From sequence record OP889247.1: DNA of 64,000 bases; one strand, given 5' to 3'. The notes beneath the pieces were generated by a model. The model was not told where the DNA came from. It worked only from the letters and a program-made list of their open reading frames with translations, and did no database searches. The position numbers and the translations under genes are program-made. Below, piece by piece: positions 1 through 10,005 of the stretch; the first letter of the stretch is position 1; the number at the start of each line of letters is the position of its first letter.

Positions 1-657
1 GACGGATCAGTATCTGTACCTGAGTTTATTACCGTGAATAGCAACGGAAGTTTTACAGTACCTGTTTCAGAAAAGGATCATTTTAAATTAGCATACCTTA
101 AATGGTGCCAAATGTTCTATATTCAAACTAGTAAACGCAAGACATATATTGTTTTAGCCGATGAGGCTAAAAAGATCATTCTTGCTTTGTACAGAAATGA
201 CACAGAACTTTTGGAAAAAGCTGAATCAGTTAAACACGAAAATATGTTCTCTGCGCAAATGGTAGCACAGCTCTGTTTTGTTTTGTTGACCATGCGGATT
301 GACTTGACTACCGATTTAGTTAAGTTCGGTGACTTCGATCTAATTGGTAGCGGCGATAAAGTTGAATACACCATTGTGATGAAATTGCGGGGTTGTGATT
401 TTATCACCTTTAAGTTTACAGCTGGCTGTATAGACGTTAGTACAGATTCAGTAAGTTCTAAGCAACCTACTCCACACATGTTACACATGTCTATTATTAC
501 CATACTTGATATGTGGAAAATGGTTAAAGAAGATTTAACCATTTTATCTATTACCAAGCTGGTAGATGATGATCTAGATCAAGTTGCACACCAGTATTTG
601 TTACGAGCATTACCTATTAGCGTTAAACGTATTGTAGAGACAGAATTCATCAGTTAA
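1..657 (+). CDS. hypothetical protein, probably 5'-truncated by the window edge
   Basis: Frame is open from base 1 into the listed ORF 34..657, which starts at GTG. Confidence 0.7.
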   Translation, partial: DGSVSVPEFITVNSNGSFTVPVSEKDHFKLAYLKWCQMFYIQTSKRKTYIVLADEAKKIILALYRNDTELLEKAESVKHENMFSAQMVAQLCFVLLTMRIDLTTDLVKFGDFDLIGSGDKVEYTIVMKLRGCDFITFKFTAGCIDVSTDSVSSKQPTPHMLHMSIITILDMWKMVKEDLTILSITKLVDDDLDQVAHQYLLRALPISVKRIVETEFIS

Positions 658-665
658 AATTAGTG

Positions 666-718
666 GTTCTATAATTTTTCAAACCTATATTACCTAAGTG
701 ATAAGTAAGAGAAGTATT
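666..718 (+). promoter_or_regulatory. early (virion-RNAP type) promoter; 53-bp exact copy of the chimallin promoter
   Basis: TTTTTCAAACC-TATATTAC matches the phiKZ early TATATTAC motif; identical to 50258..50310. Confidence 0.8.
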
Positions 719-779
719 ATCTTACTATTCCTTTTGTCACTCATGGGGTGTCAAATATAAATGCTTAAGGAGCATAAAA

Positions 780-1757
780 ATGTCCAAAACCATTATCATA
801 AACACCACACCTTGTTTATTCGTTACAGAAATTTATAACAAGGGTAAAAGAGCTTTGGTAATACAAGGTTCTTACTCTGGACCCAGGCAAGACATCCAAA
901 GTCAAAACCTAATGCATATAGTTTTAGATGAACAGGAAGTCATTGAACTTAGAAATAAACTCCAGACAGTAAATGAAGATCACAACACAGTAGAAGGTAA
1001 AGAATGTCGTTATATTTCTATGGAGCGACATGACTTGTTATATACCGCCAATAAACTAGTTTTATCAAGTCCTCAAAAACCAGGGAAATCTCAAATAACT
1101 CTTCACAGTTTAATGAAGAAAACTAATTTTGAAATAGCTCAGAAATGGTTTTTGAAAGGATTTATAGAACGTTTCTCTGGTTTACTTGGATCATTCATTT
1201 TGAAGGAGGATATAACAGCACATGCATTGAAAGAAACAATTACTGGTGGGTTAATTAAACTACATTACAATAACTTCGATAGTTTAGGTTATCATCATCC
1301 AAACAGAATTTTCCATGTTACAATGGAAGCAGCCGATGGGATAAGTTACAGAATTCTCAGTGACCAAGGTCATGCAAATTTTGCAATCAGGTCTGCGACT
1401 GAATTAGGACAAATTCAACATTTGGTAAAAGAAATAGATCGGTCCACAACTGGTCAAAACTTTGCCGGTGTACTAAATTCCGCCCCGAAGATGATGATGA
1501 CTGCTTATCAAAGTTTAGAAACAACTTGGAAAGTGTTTAATAATGAAAAGATACATCATTTCATTATAGTCCAAACTAGTTTGACGGTATTGAGAAGAAT
1601 CATTTTTACTCCAACTAAGGGAACAAGTGAAACATTTCAAAAAGTTTTAGGTGTGTTGGAAACAGATATTAAAGAACGGTACATTAATAAAGACGACACA
1701 CTTCTTCATATAGAGGTTGAAACCGGGTCAACACCTATTAGACGTCTAGGTGATTAG
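780..1757 (+). CDS. hypothetical early protein (325 aa)
   Basis: ORF with AAGGAG RBS, downstream of the early promoter. Confidence 0.85.
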   Translation: MSKTIIINTTPCLFVTEIYNKGKRALVIQGSYSGPRQDIQSQNLMHIVLDEQEVIELRNKLQTVNEDHNTVEGKECRYISMERHDLLYTANKLVLSSPQKPGKSQITLHSLMKKTNFEIAQKWFLKGFIERFSGLLGSFILKEDITAHALKETITGGLIKLHYNNFDSLGYHHPNRIFHVTMEAADGISYRILSDQGHANFAIRSATELGQIQHLVKEIDRSTTGQNFAGVLNSAPKMMMTAYQSLETTWKVFNNEKIHHFIIVQTSLTVLRRIIFTPTKGTSETFQKVLGVLETDIKERYINKDDTLLHIEVETGSTPIRRLGD

Positions 1758-1810
1758 TACACTATTTATCTTTCAAAACCATTAATAAACAATCAAAGGA
1801 AATCAAAACA

Positions 1811-2245
1811 ATGCCTAAAGCAAACGCATTCGCTAAATCCATGGATTCTTCTATCGCTGAACTGGTTAAGAACGCAACCATTCACAAAGATACACATCAC
1901 GTAGCTTTTGCTACTCCTACTCTTCCTAAAGGCATCACTGCCGAATCGCTTACTCTGCATAACGATTTCGTTAATCAGGTATCTGTAGCAACTGAAGCAG
2001 CTCTAAGCGAAATCGCTATTGCTCAGTATCCTGATACCAAGGTCACTGATTGGGATGCTGAACTGAGTCTGGTTCCTGGGATCGATATCACCGCAACTGC
2101 AATGTTGAAAACTACAGTCGGTGAAGAGACCATGTACGGCGTCACTGATCTGTGTGTAGACCACATGTTCAATGAAGAACTCTCTACCTGGTATGATGAA
2201 TTCCAAGGTGTCAATCAGGACCGTGTTAAGAAACTGTTTGATTAA
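1811..2245 (+). CDS. hypothetical protein with highly-expressed codon bias
   Basis: AAAGGA RBS; strong CTG/GCT/ACT bias; terminator follows. Confidence 0.85.
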   Translation: MPKANAFAKSMDSSIAELVKNATIHKDTHHVAFATPTLPKGITAESLTLHNDFVNQVSVATEAALSEIAIAQYPDTKVTDWDAELSLVPGIDITATAMLKTTVGEETMYGVTDLCVDHMFNEELSTWYDEFQGVNQDRVKKLFD

Positions 2246-2257
2246 TTGAACGTTATG

Positions 2258-2285
2258 GTTACTCTCGGCTTAGGTCGAGAGTAAC
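2258..2285 (+). terminator. intrinsic terminator-like hairpin
   Basis: GTTACTCTCG/CGAGAGTAAC stem followed by a T-rich run. Confidence 0.7.
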
Positions 2286-2316
2286 TTCTCTACCTTACTT
2301 TTATTTTAGGATAAGT

Positions 2317-2679
2317 ATGAAACAAGATCCAGTACAGATGTTTGCAAATTACAGACACTTAGTTAATAAGTTAGTCTATATCAAATTTAGTAATGACTAC
2401 ATGGCAGCACGACTGAAAATCCTTAAAGAGCTTCGAAGGTTTGCTTGTGACTTTGAAAAAGGTTCTATTGATATAGATTCCTACAAGGATAGTTTCAAAA
2501 TAAGAAAAATCTATATTCCAGATACCTATGAAATTTGTACAGCAGAGTTATGGACAATTGCGATTAATAAAAACTCTGTTAAGGATTTGGTGTTATTTCT
2601 TAAATCAGAAGGACTAAATATAGATGAGTACGAAAGTCTGTGCCAAAGTAGTAAAAAGAGTTTGGTTGGAGGGGAATGA
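2317..2679 (+). CDS. hypothetical protein
   Basis: ORF with AGGA RBS. Confidence 0.7.
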   Translation: MKQDPVQMFANYRHLVNKLVYIKFSNDYMAARLKILKELRRFACDFEKGSIDIDSYKDSFKIRKIYIPDTYEICTAELWTIAINKNSVKDLVLFLKSEGLNIDEYESLCQSSKKSLVGGE

Positions 2680-3223
2680 TCGTATTAGCGCCGCCGTGTT
2701 TCAACATCATCTAACTGAGCAAAGTTGGTTGCGAGTTAACAAGGATGAAGAATCAGAAGAGTTTGTTAACTTTCACGATAGTACTAAAGTGACTTTCTTC
2801 TTCGGTGGAGAACTAATTATAATTCACAGTAATGACTTTATTCCCGTGATAGATTCTTATGAAGACTTTATTAAGAAACTTAAAGTCATCCAAAACAGCG
2901 TAGAAGACGCTATAGAGAGACTTCAGTCTAAAGACAAGGAAACGTATTACTTTAATATCAAACGCTTTCTAAACGACTCTGAAGGACCTTCTTCGATATA
3001 TACTTCCACTATTGCTATTACGTCCTCTACTACACATGGGAGAACATTTGAAATTGCATCATGCGACCATAAAAGTAGGATCTATTTAGGTGGTAAAGGT
3101 AATTCACTTCGCTTTCTAAATAGGTTTAACAATTTCATCATTTTCTGTGTAGGGGAAGTTGAAAAGACTCTCGCTAAACATGGAGATACTTTAAGGGACT
3201 ACAAAGATAAAATAAGATTTTAA
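2624..3223 (+). CDS. hypothetical protein
   Basis: 199-aa ORF overlapping the upstream gene; start uncertain. Confidence 0.7.
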   Translation: MSTKVCAKVVKRVWLEGNDRISAAVFQHHLTEQSWLRVNKDEESEEFVNFHDSTKVTFFFGGELIIIHSNDFIPVIDSYEDFIKKLKVIQNSVEDAIERLQSKDKETYYFNIKRFLNDSEGPSSIYTSTIAITSSTTHGRTFEIASCDHKSRIYLGGKGNSLRFLNRFNNFIIFCVGEVEKTLAKHGDTLRDYKDKIRF

Positions 3224-3232
3224 GATACAAAC

Positions 3233-3260
3233 TTTTTCAAACCGATATCATTTTAGTGTA
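3233..3260 (+). promoter_or_regulatory. early-type promoter variant
   Basis: TTTTTCAAACC-GATATCAT resembles the repeated motif. Confidence 0.5.
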
Positions 3261-3299
3261 TTGAGTAGGAATTGTTTAACTTCAAAAGGAACATTTGTT

Positions 3300-3824
3300 A
3301 TGAAAAAGTATTTTATTGCTGCTATGATCTCTATGGTAAGTTTCTTCAGTGTAGCTGCTGAAGTTAAAGTAATCGGATGGAAAGAGAAACAAGACGATAA
3401 GTTAGTCACTTATCAAATCAGTAACACTGGTAATAAAGACGGTGTTCTCACCATCGGCTGTGAAAAGAAAGGTGAACCATTTACAGTTAAATATGCAATT
3501 AACGGTAAAGAAGTGGAAATGTTTATTATCGAGACTCTGAGTACTCGTGGTAAAGATACCTTTCCGTATGTCAGCATTTATGGTCTGAATTCCATGACAT
3601 CTGATATGGTACTGGAGCAAATCGAGAACACCGATCAAGGTTTTGTGATCAGTCGTTTTGAAAATGGTGATCGCGCTCGTTATCGTGAGTCTCGGGAAAC
3701 TGGTGACAAAAGCATGACACCTATTCCTGTCGGTAACGAACTGTTTACTGGTTATGAATTCGTTGGTGAATTTGTAGCTGATTTGAAACAGGTATGTGGT
3801 AAAACTGAAGATCGTAAATTTTAA
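3300..3824 (+). CDS. exported protein with signal peptide (paralog 1 of 3)
   Basis: AAAGGA RBS, ATG at 3300; MKKYFIAAMISMVSFFSVAA signal; exactly two Cys. Confidence 0.8.
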   Translation: MKKYFIAAMISMVSFFSVAAEVKVIGWKEKQDDKLVTYQISNTGNKDGVLTIGCEKKGEPFTVKYAINGKEVEMFIIETLSTRGKDTFPYVSIYGLNSMTSDMVLEQIENTDQGFVISRFENGDRARYRESRETGDKSMTPIPVGNELFTGYEFVGEFVADLKQVCGKTEDRKF

Positions 3825-3835
3825 GATCCAAGATA

Positions 3836-3860
3836 TTTCAGTTCTATATTACCTGAGTGT
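3836..3860 (+). promoter_or_regulatory. early promoter
   Basis: TATATTAC at 3845..3852. Confidence 0.65.
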
Positions 3861-3948
3861 ATTAACCTTGCGGTAGTTTGTACCATGCTCCTATTCTCCT
3901 ACAAGGAGAATAGGAGTAAAGACTTTCATGTGATAAAAGGAAATTATT

Positions 3949-4581
3949 ATGAAAATTCAATCTATGCTGTTTGCTCTGTTTATGACTGTAGTTGGTTCTG
4001 ATGTAGTGGCGATGTCAGCTGATCCCGAACCGATTAACTACAACATCCGTCCTGCTGAAGCGGTAATCACCAACACCTATGTGAACAATCAGGGTAATCC
4101 GGTTTTGAGTATTGAGCTGAAGAAAGGTATTCAATCTCAAACTGTTTATTTTGTTTGTGCTAAAGGTAACAGTGATTACTCGGTGTTCTATGATTTTACT
4201 GATATCAATAACCAGGCAACTGATTACTCAACTGGTTTTGCTATTCAGTACTATCCTAAAGGACATGGTAACAAGGCTCGACTGGTTTATGACGATTGGG
4301 ATAACAACCTGATCCTGTCCGATCGTCGTAATGTTACTTTCACTCAAGCTATGGAACGTGCTGGTAAACTTAAAGGCGGTACCATCGTATTTGCTTTCTA
4401 CTCTACTGACAACTATGAGCAAGGTACGCCGACCGCTTACTCCTGGTCCATGCCGGTTGAAGACTTTGTTAAGAATGTAAACGGTGTTGTAAAGGGTGAA
4501 GAGTTTGATGGCGCTTGTGATCACGCTCTGGTTAAAGGTTACTCACCTAAAGTTCAGTACCAAATGCCGCGTATGCGTTAA
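3949..4581 (+). CDS. exported protein with signal peptide (paralog 2 of 3)
   Basis: N-terminal hydrophobic signal; exactly two Cys. Confidence 0.8.
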   Translation: MKIQSMLFALFMTVVGSDVVAMSADPEPINYNIRPAEAVITNTYVNNQGNPVLSIELKKGIQSQTVYFVCAKGNSDYSVFYDFTDINNQATDYSTGFAIQYYPKGHGNKARLVYDDWDNNLILSDRRNVTFTQAMERAGKLKGGTIVFAFYSTDNYEQGTPTAYSWSMPVEDFVKNVNGVVKGEEFDGACDHALVKGYSPKVQYQMPRMR

Positions 4582-4593
4582 TATTATAACTAG

Positions 4594-4621
4594 AGGTAAC
4601 CTAGAACGTTCTAGGTTACCT
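4594..4621. terminator. perfect-palindrome terminator-like hairpin
   Basis: 28-bp perfect palindrome AGGTAACCTAGAAC/GTTCTAGGTTACCT. Confidence 0.7.
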
Positions 4622-4667
4622 TGTTCAACTTTCATTACTTTTAAGTCTAGATAAAGGAATATAAAAA

Positions 4668-5366
4668 ATGACCAATAATAAATACACCAAACCTGTTGCT
4701 ATCATTTTTGGTATGATGTTTTTGTTTGCTGTTATGCACTACATCGAAATGAATATCGCTAAAGATGAAATGAAACCTATTGGTCTTACTCAAGCTCAAA
4801 TGGAAGAGTTGAGTAGTCGTTTTGAAGGTGATCTGGGTGAACCAGTTACTGTTATCCCTAAAGGTAAACTGGGTGTAGAATATGGTCGTATTCTTCCTAA
4901 CATCACAGCTATTCGTTTCTATGATCGTGAAACTGATGACGGTATTCATCATCCGATTACTTTGATGTGTAATGCAAGGACTCAGACACTATTGGTTAAA
5001 CACGATTTGGAGTATCGTGATTACGCTGATGAGTATTCTGTATCAGAGTTTTCTATTCGTCATTATGCTAAAGGGACTACTACTGTATTTGAAGCAGATG
5101 AGAACCGTGTAAAACCTTTCTCTACTAACATTGGTGATCGTAATCTTAAGGAAGCCATTGAATATATCATGACTCTTCCTGGCGATGATTTAATCTCCTT
5201 GGTAGTGGAAGAACCTGTAGTTGATGATGACTACGCTACATTTGGTTCCGCCTACTCTCCAATGTACACTGTAGCTGAATTTACCTATTTGGTAAAACTC
5301 CTCAATCTTAATGATTGCGTAGATGTGGAGCTGAAACAAAAACCTGTATACAATAAACAAGCTTAA
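4668..5366 (+). CDS. membrane-anchored or exported protein (paralog 3 of 3)
   Basis: N-terminal TM/signal anchor; exactly two Cys; FSIRHYAKG resembles FAIQYYPKG of paralog 2. Confidence 0.8.
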   Translation: MTNNKYTKPVAIIFGMMFLFAVMHYIEMNIAKDEMKPIGLTQAQMEELSSRFEGDLGEPVTVIPKGKLGVEYGRILPNITAIRFYDRETDDGIHHPITLMCNARTQTLLVKHDLEYRDYADEYSVSEFSIRHYAKGTTTVFEADENRVKPFSTNIGDRNLKEAIEYIMTLPGDDLISLVVEEPVVDDDYATFGSAYSPMYTVAEFTYLVKLLNLNDCVDVELKQKPVYNKQA

Positions 5367-5372
5367 TTCAAA

Positions 5373-5398
5373 AGAGTAGGAGCAAATGCTCCTACTCT
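5373..5398 (+). terminator. intrinsic terminator
   Basis: AGAGTAGGAGCA/TGCTCCTACTCT stem plus T-run. Confidence 0.75.
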
Positions 5399-5430
5399 AC
5401 TTTTATAAATTATTTTATTTATTTCCATAA

Positions 5431-5456
5431 TTTTTCAAGTAGATATTATTAAGTTG
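5431..5456 (+). promoter_or_regulatory. early-type promoter variant
   Basis: TTTTTCAAGTA-GATATTAT. Confidence 0.55.
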
Positions 5457-5491
5457 TAACCTAACCTATTATTTATTAAAGGAGTATAGAA

Positions 5492-6217
5492 ATGAACCAC
5501 GAAATTAGTTTGCTTGAAAAAGTTAATGATTACTATCTTAAGTTTAAGTTCTTGTTTCGCAACATCCCTATTAATCAAGACCTGTTGAAATTCTGTGTTG
5601 AGAGTATTTCACGCAACGATAAAGCTCATAATCTTGAGCATGTATTTGCTGTATGTAAACTTGCAGTAGATATTTGTGAACAAGAGAAGATGAGCGGTCG
5701 TGAAAAGGAACTAGTGATCTTAGGGGCGCTGTTTCACGATTTGGGTTGTTGTTATGAACGCTCTCAACATCACGTTATCGGGTACGGGCTAACCTACGAG
5801 TATCTGAATCGGTTCTGTGCTTTCGATTATACTTCTGAGGAAGTAATGATTGTGGCTAACGCGGTTTTAGAGCATCGTAGTTCCAATAAGAACAAGCCGA
5901 CTAACAAAGTTAGCGAAATAGTCAGTATTGCCGATTCTGGTCGTCCAAAGATCAAGTTATACATTCAAAGATGTATTCAATTCCGTGAACATCGCGGAGA
6001 CCTTGATCGACTATCAACACTGGAGTTTTTCGAAGAAGTAAAGGGACACTTAGTAGAAAAGTTCGGTCCTGATGGTTACCACTGGAAAAGCTACCCTGAC
6101 TTGGGCTTAACCTATTTTGACAAAGAGTGGAAAGAATTCAGTAGTTATCTCTGTAAGGAAAGAGAAGCTGAATTTGACTTGCTTGTAAAAGAGGTCTTCG
6201 ATTCACTCCGGGAGTAA
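5492..6217 (+). CDS. HD-domain metal-dependent phosphohydrolase
   Basis: Motifs AHNLEH, LFHDLG, EH and ADS. Confidence 0.85.
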   Translation: MNHEISLLEKVNDYYLKFKFLFRNIPINQDLLKFCVESISRNDKAHNLEHVFAVCKLAVDICEQEKMSGREKELVILGALFHDLGCCYERSQHHVIGYGLTYEYLNRFCAFDYTSEEVMIVANAVLEHRSSNKNKPTNKVSEIVSIADSGRPKIKLYIQRCIQFREHRGDLDRLSTLEFFEEVKGHLVEKFGPDGYHWKSYPDLGLTYFDKEWKEFSSYLCKEREAEFDLLVKEVFDSLRE

Positions 6218-6222
6218 TTGTC

Positions 6223-6687
6223 ATGTGGTACTCACTCGGCATGATAGCAGTCAGTATTGTGATAACCATATTCACCTCATTAATAGTCAGTTACTGGGCG
6301 TGGAGATATATAGCGAATCAAGAGTTCTCTGAAAAGAGAGCCTTCTCTTGGCATAGTTTCTTTAAGAACAATATCTACGCCTGTGTAGGAGAAAACAAAG
6401 GTGAGGAGTGGTCTTTAGAAATTCGTTACAACATGGACATCAGAAGGATTAAGAACTTACATGTACTTAGACATAGTTATTCGTTGTGCATTCCATTTAA
6501 CACCACAATAGCTGAGTTTAAAGAATACGCAAGTTCATTAAATCCTAAAGATAATCCATTACACAAGCTGATTAGAGCTGTCGCTAATGAGGAGGAGTTA
6601 TCCTCTTTAGAACTCAATGAGAAGGAACTAGTCGCTTTTAATGAGTTCAAAAATAACATTATCAATCTGGTATTAGTTAAAGATTGA
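6223..6687 (+). CDS. hypothetical membrane protein
   Basis: N-terminal hydrophobic helix; GGGAG RBS. Confidence 0.75.
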   Translation: MWYSLGMIAVSIVITIFTSLIVSYWAWRYIANQEFSEKRAFSWHSFFKNNIYACVGENKGEEWSLEIRYNMDIRRIKNLHVLRHSYSLCIPFNTTIAEFKEYASSLNPKDNPLHKLIRAVANEEELSSLELNEKELVAFNEFKNNIINLVLVKD

Positions 6688-6723
6688 CGTGTAGTGTTGC
6701 TTTCATGACAGAACAACATAATA

Positions 6724-6755
6724 AACCTCTGGAACCCAATTGGGTTCCAGAGGTT
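6724..6755. terminator. bidirectional terminator (perfect palindrome)
   Basis: 32-bp perfect palindrome between convergent genes. Confidence 0.8.
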
Positions 6756-6779
6756 ATGTTTCTTATGTTTTATTTTCTA

Positions 6780-7682
6780 TCAGGGAAGATAATTCGGTTT
6801 AGTTACGCTTTTCTTATCTTCGGCCATCATCTCGGTAAGACCGCCATCACGCAGTGCTTGCAGAGTAGCAGTAGGTTGTTTGAAGCCAGCAGGGGCCGCA
6901 CGACCACTTGAGTTGTACATCGGCATACGCTTCATTACACTACGAGCAATCTCTTTAGCAGCATAGGTATCAAACTCGATCAGACCAGTGAACTCAGTAT
7001 TGATTTCACGGACTTTACCCGAGGGAGAATCTACATCATAACTGAATTCATACTGAGCACCTTCCTTAGGCATTTGCGCAAGGACGATCGCAGCATGACG
7101 GACATCTTGCCAGTTACGAGTAGGTTCGAAGTAAACAGAACTTGCAGAGATCTCATCAAGCAGGAGTTCACCACCATAGTTCAAAGTGATGATCTTTGGA
7201 TGATGAATAACTGGGTCATTCAGCAAGTAACTGATCCAAGCATCAAACAGTTTGGAGAACGGCTCACCTTCTGGATCAAGTGCGTTATGACTAATGGTAC
7301 CAAATTGACGGCTAGAACCAACTGGGAAGGAGAGTGTAGCACCACCAGCCCAAGTGATATCATGATAGTCGACAGAAGTACGAACAGTCAAACCTGACCA
7401 GTTACGGCTTCGAGTTTCCATGTAAGCGCGCAGCAAACCGTGGAGTTCTTTACCACCGGGCATTGCGGAGAATGCAGATGGAGTAGATAGCATCACACAG
7501 TAAGGGCGTTGCGATACATAAGGTTGTTCCTGGACATAACGGAAGTTGTTCGGAGCAAATCCGTACTGACCGCCGTTAGCTGCATTGATTACCGGAGTAT
7601 TACCGATATCAAACGCCCGCTGAAACTCGCTGTTACCAGGAAGTAACATCTTATTATCACGATGTGGGGTATTTGAAGACAT
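6780..7682 (-). CDS. tail tube protein (phiKZ gp30-like)
   Basis: 300 aa, directly downstream of the sheath gene; phiKZ-like synteny. Confidence 0.8.
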   Translation of the reverse strand: MSSNTPHRDNKMLLPGNSEFQRAFDIGNTPVINAANGGQYGFAPNNFRYVQEQPYVSQRPYCVMLSTPSAFSAMPGGKELHGLLRAYMETRSRNWSGLTVRTSVDYHDITWAGGATLSFPVGSSRQFGTISHNALDPEGEPFSKLFDAWISYLLNDPVIHHPKIITLNYGGELLLDEISASSVYFEPTRNWQDVRHAAIVLAQMPKEGAQYEFSYDVDSPSGKVREINTEFTGLIEFDTYAAKEIARSVMKRMPMYNSSGRAAPAGFKQPTATLQALRDGGLTEMMAEDKKSVTKPNYLP

Positions 7683-7692
7683 CGTTTATTCC

Positions 7693-9891
7693 TTATTGGG
7701 CGGTCAGACTGGTTTCGTTGTAAGCTTCCAGTACAGAGTTCATCATATAAACTCCTTTGGAGAACCACAGACGAGTAGTCGTGTACATGACAGATTTACC
7801 GTTAGGTTCATCTTCCCGGAAACCTGGATCAACTTCCCAGTTAACAATGACAGAACCAAACTTCTCACGGATATCTTTCTCAGCAGTATCTTTAACAAAG
7901 GCAATATAACCTTGTTGGCGATACTGAGTGTCACCGGAGATCTTGATCCAAGTGTCTTGAAGTACTTTCTCCACACAGACACATTTCCAAACGTTGGAAA
8001 GATCTTTCAGTACAGAGTCAGTGTTATCGTAGACGGTCGGGAGAGCCGGTCGGCAATACTGAGAAGTGTTCAAAGGAGTTACCGAGATAGCACCTTTGGT
8101 GAGGTTGTTAGCAGCCGGATCATCGTCTTCGAACTGAACCAGTGGATCATGAGCAACACGCAGTGTGCGGTTACCTTCGTGATCAGGCATTCGATCACCG
8201 TAGATCTTACCATCGTTACCGCCACCTGCGTAAGCAAATGCGTACATGGTATCGATATTCAAAGAGAAACGACCAAAGGTCGGTTCGTCAATGATCCGAC
8301 AATCCCACATGTTAATCGCTGCGCGACAAGCGTGGGATTGGAAGGTCTCGGATTCCGGATACATGACAATCTTAGAGTTTAAAGATTCCATTGTGGAATA
8401 CAGTTGCTCTTGAGATTTCTTCTTCAGATATTCAGTTGCGCACAGTACAACGATGATATCTTTACGAACACCAAGGAAATCGATCAGTGCTTCTTTAACC
8501 GCTTCATTATAACCAACGTCCCACATAAAGGAAGTACGGTTACGAATAACATCTTTGACATCCAAAGAACGGCGGTAAGAAACAAAGTAAGCTTCCAGCA
8601 GAGATTGGTTCATGTACCAATATTGCTTATGGCTTACAATAGCCGGGGAGTTGGTATTAGGAACCCAAGTGCCATCAACTTCAGTAATCCAGTCAGCAGG
8701 TGCGTCCGGGTATTTACCAGTTTTATCAGCATATGGGTTAATACCACCATTAGCTTGCAGGTAGCTATTCAGACCGACCCGAGTACCTTTGAGCTTGGAA
8801 GGAACATCCACCAAGCCACCAAAGACGATGTGGTGATAGTTCTTACCATAATGGTTAACCAAGCTCAGTGGGTTCATGATCGCGCCTTTGGGAAGGACAT
8901 CGGTCTTGATCACAGGAGGAGTTTGTTTACCATCGCCGTATTCAGCTGCGTACAATTTAGTACAAACATCGTTCAGATAGTTGGTATAAACATGTGCAGA
9001 TTCAAACGGTGCTGCTTTATCTTCTACTGGACGGTTTACTTGACGACCTGTGAAGCGATCCAGACCACCTTGTACTGAATAGCGAACGTTATTACCACCA
9101 ACGCTATTGAACAGAGTAATCATGGAATCGGGAGAACCGATAGTAGTAGTCGCCGGTACACGGATCCCGCTAGGAAGAAGCTCGCCGATGTTCATGGTGA
9201 ACGGATACACGCCGTAGTTGATTACAAAACGTGCAATCTCATTCCAGTCGGTACCGAAAGAGTGACCAATAGCTGCGTACATCGCGTTGTAACTGTCTCC
9301 GATGCCGGAGAGAAGTTCAAACAACGGATAGAACATACCTTTGGTTTCAGCAGGAACTGATTTACCAGCAGGTGCAGTAACTTCGAAACTCTTAACTTCG
9401 CCTACAGCGGTAGCTTGATCGACAAACATAGTTGCAGGGGAAACAAAGATACCTGGAACAGTAGGAGTGTCTTCATCTACTTTAGGATTACCAGCGATGT
9501 CAAGAACATAGTCATCACGGGTATCACGTTCGTAGTTAGGAACAGGAACACCTTCGAAGAGAACAACCCCGAGAATAGTACGCGCTACTTCGACGTTGTT
9601 GGTGAGACGCTTAAAGCTGAAAGAAGCTTGCGCTGCAGACCCAAGCTTTTGAATAGCCACCGCGATCGGGTTATAGAACGGACCATTAGGATCCATTACA
9701 TCACCGAACTTCTCTTTGAAGTCAGCGACCGCGACTGTATCGCGTTTAGTCGGACCCCGAGGGGTGACCATAGCGAAGTCAGGAAAGTGAGCAGGAGAGG
9801 CGAAAACGGGGATTGGATTAGTAAGATTTTCTTTGCTAACAATACCTTCGTTTACCACTTTTCCCGGAATCACTTTATTAAAAGTAGTCAT
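7693..9891 (-). CDS. tail sheath protein (phiKZ gp29-like)
   Basis: 732 aa; TPRGP and WDVGY motifs; highly-expressed codon bias; synteny. Confidence 0.85.
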   Translation of the reverse strand: MTTFNKVIPGKVVNEGIVSKENLTNPIPVFASPAHFPDFAMVTPRGPTKRDTVAVADFKEKFGDVMDPNGPFYNPIAVAIQKLGSAAQASFSFKRLTNNVEVARTILGVVLFEGVPVPNYERDTRDDYVLDIAGNPKVDEDTPTVPGIFVSPATMFVDQATAVGEVKSFEVTAPAGKSVPAETKGMFYPLFELLSGIGDSYNAMYAAIGHSFGTDWNEIARFVINYGVYPFTMNIGELLPSGIRVPATTTIGSPDSMITLFNSVGGNNVRYSVQGGLDRFTGRQVNRPVEDKAAPFESAHVYTNYLNDVCTKLYAAEYGDGKQTPPVIKTDVLPKGAIMNPLSLVNHYGKNYHHIVFGGLVDVPSKLKGTRVGLNSYLQANGGINPYADKTGKYPDAPADWITEVDGTWVPNTNSPAIVSHKQYWYMNQSLLEAYFVSYRRSLDVKDVIRNRTSFMWDVGYNEAVKEALIDFLGVRKDIIVVLCATEYLKKKSQEQLYSTMESLNSKIVMYPESETFQSHACRAAINMWDCRIIDEPTFGRFSLNIDTMYAFAYAGGGNDGKIYGDRMPDHEGNRTLRVAHDPLVQFEDDDPAANNLTKGAISVTPLNTSQYCRPALPTVYDNTDSVLKDLSNVWKCVCVEKVLQDTWIKISGDTQYRQQGYIAFVKDTAEKDIREKFGSVIVNWEVDPGFREDEPNGKSVMYTTTRLWFSKGVYMMNSVLEAYNETSLTAQ

Positions 9892-10005
9892 ACTCGACTC
9901 CGAAATTATGTTGGATTTTTTTGATCAAAAAAATCAATCGTATGACCTTACGGCCACTAGATGGTTTAACGTTAATACGCATAACATTATTTTGGGACTA
10001 GACCT

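Noticed and set aside
7074-9924. Several long plus-strand ORFs opposite the tail tube and sheath genes
   Set aside because: Antisense shadows of highly biased structural genes.
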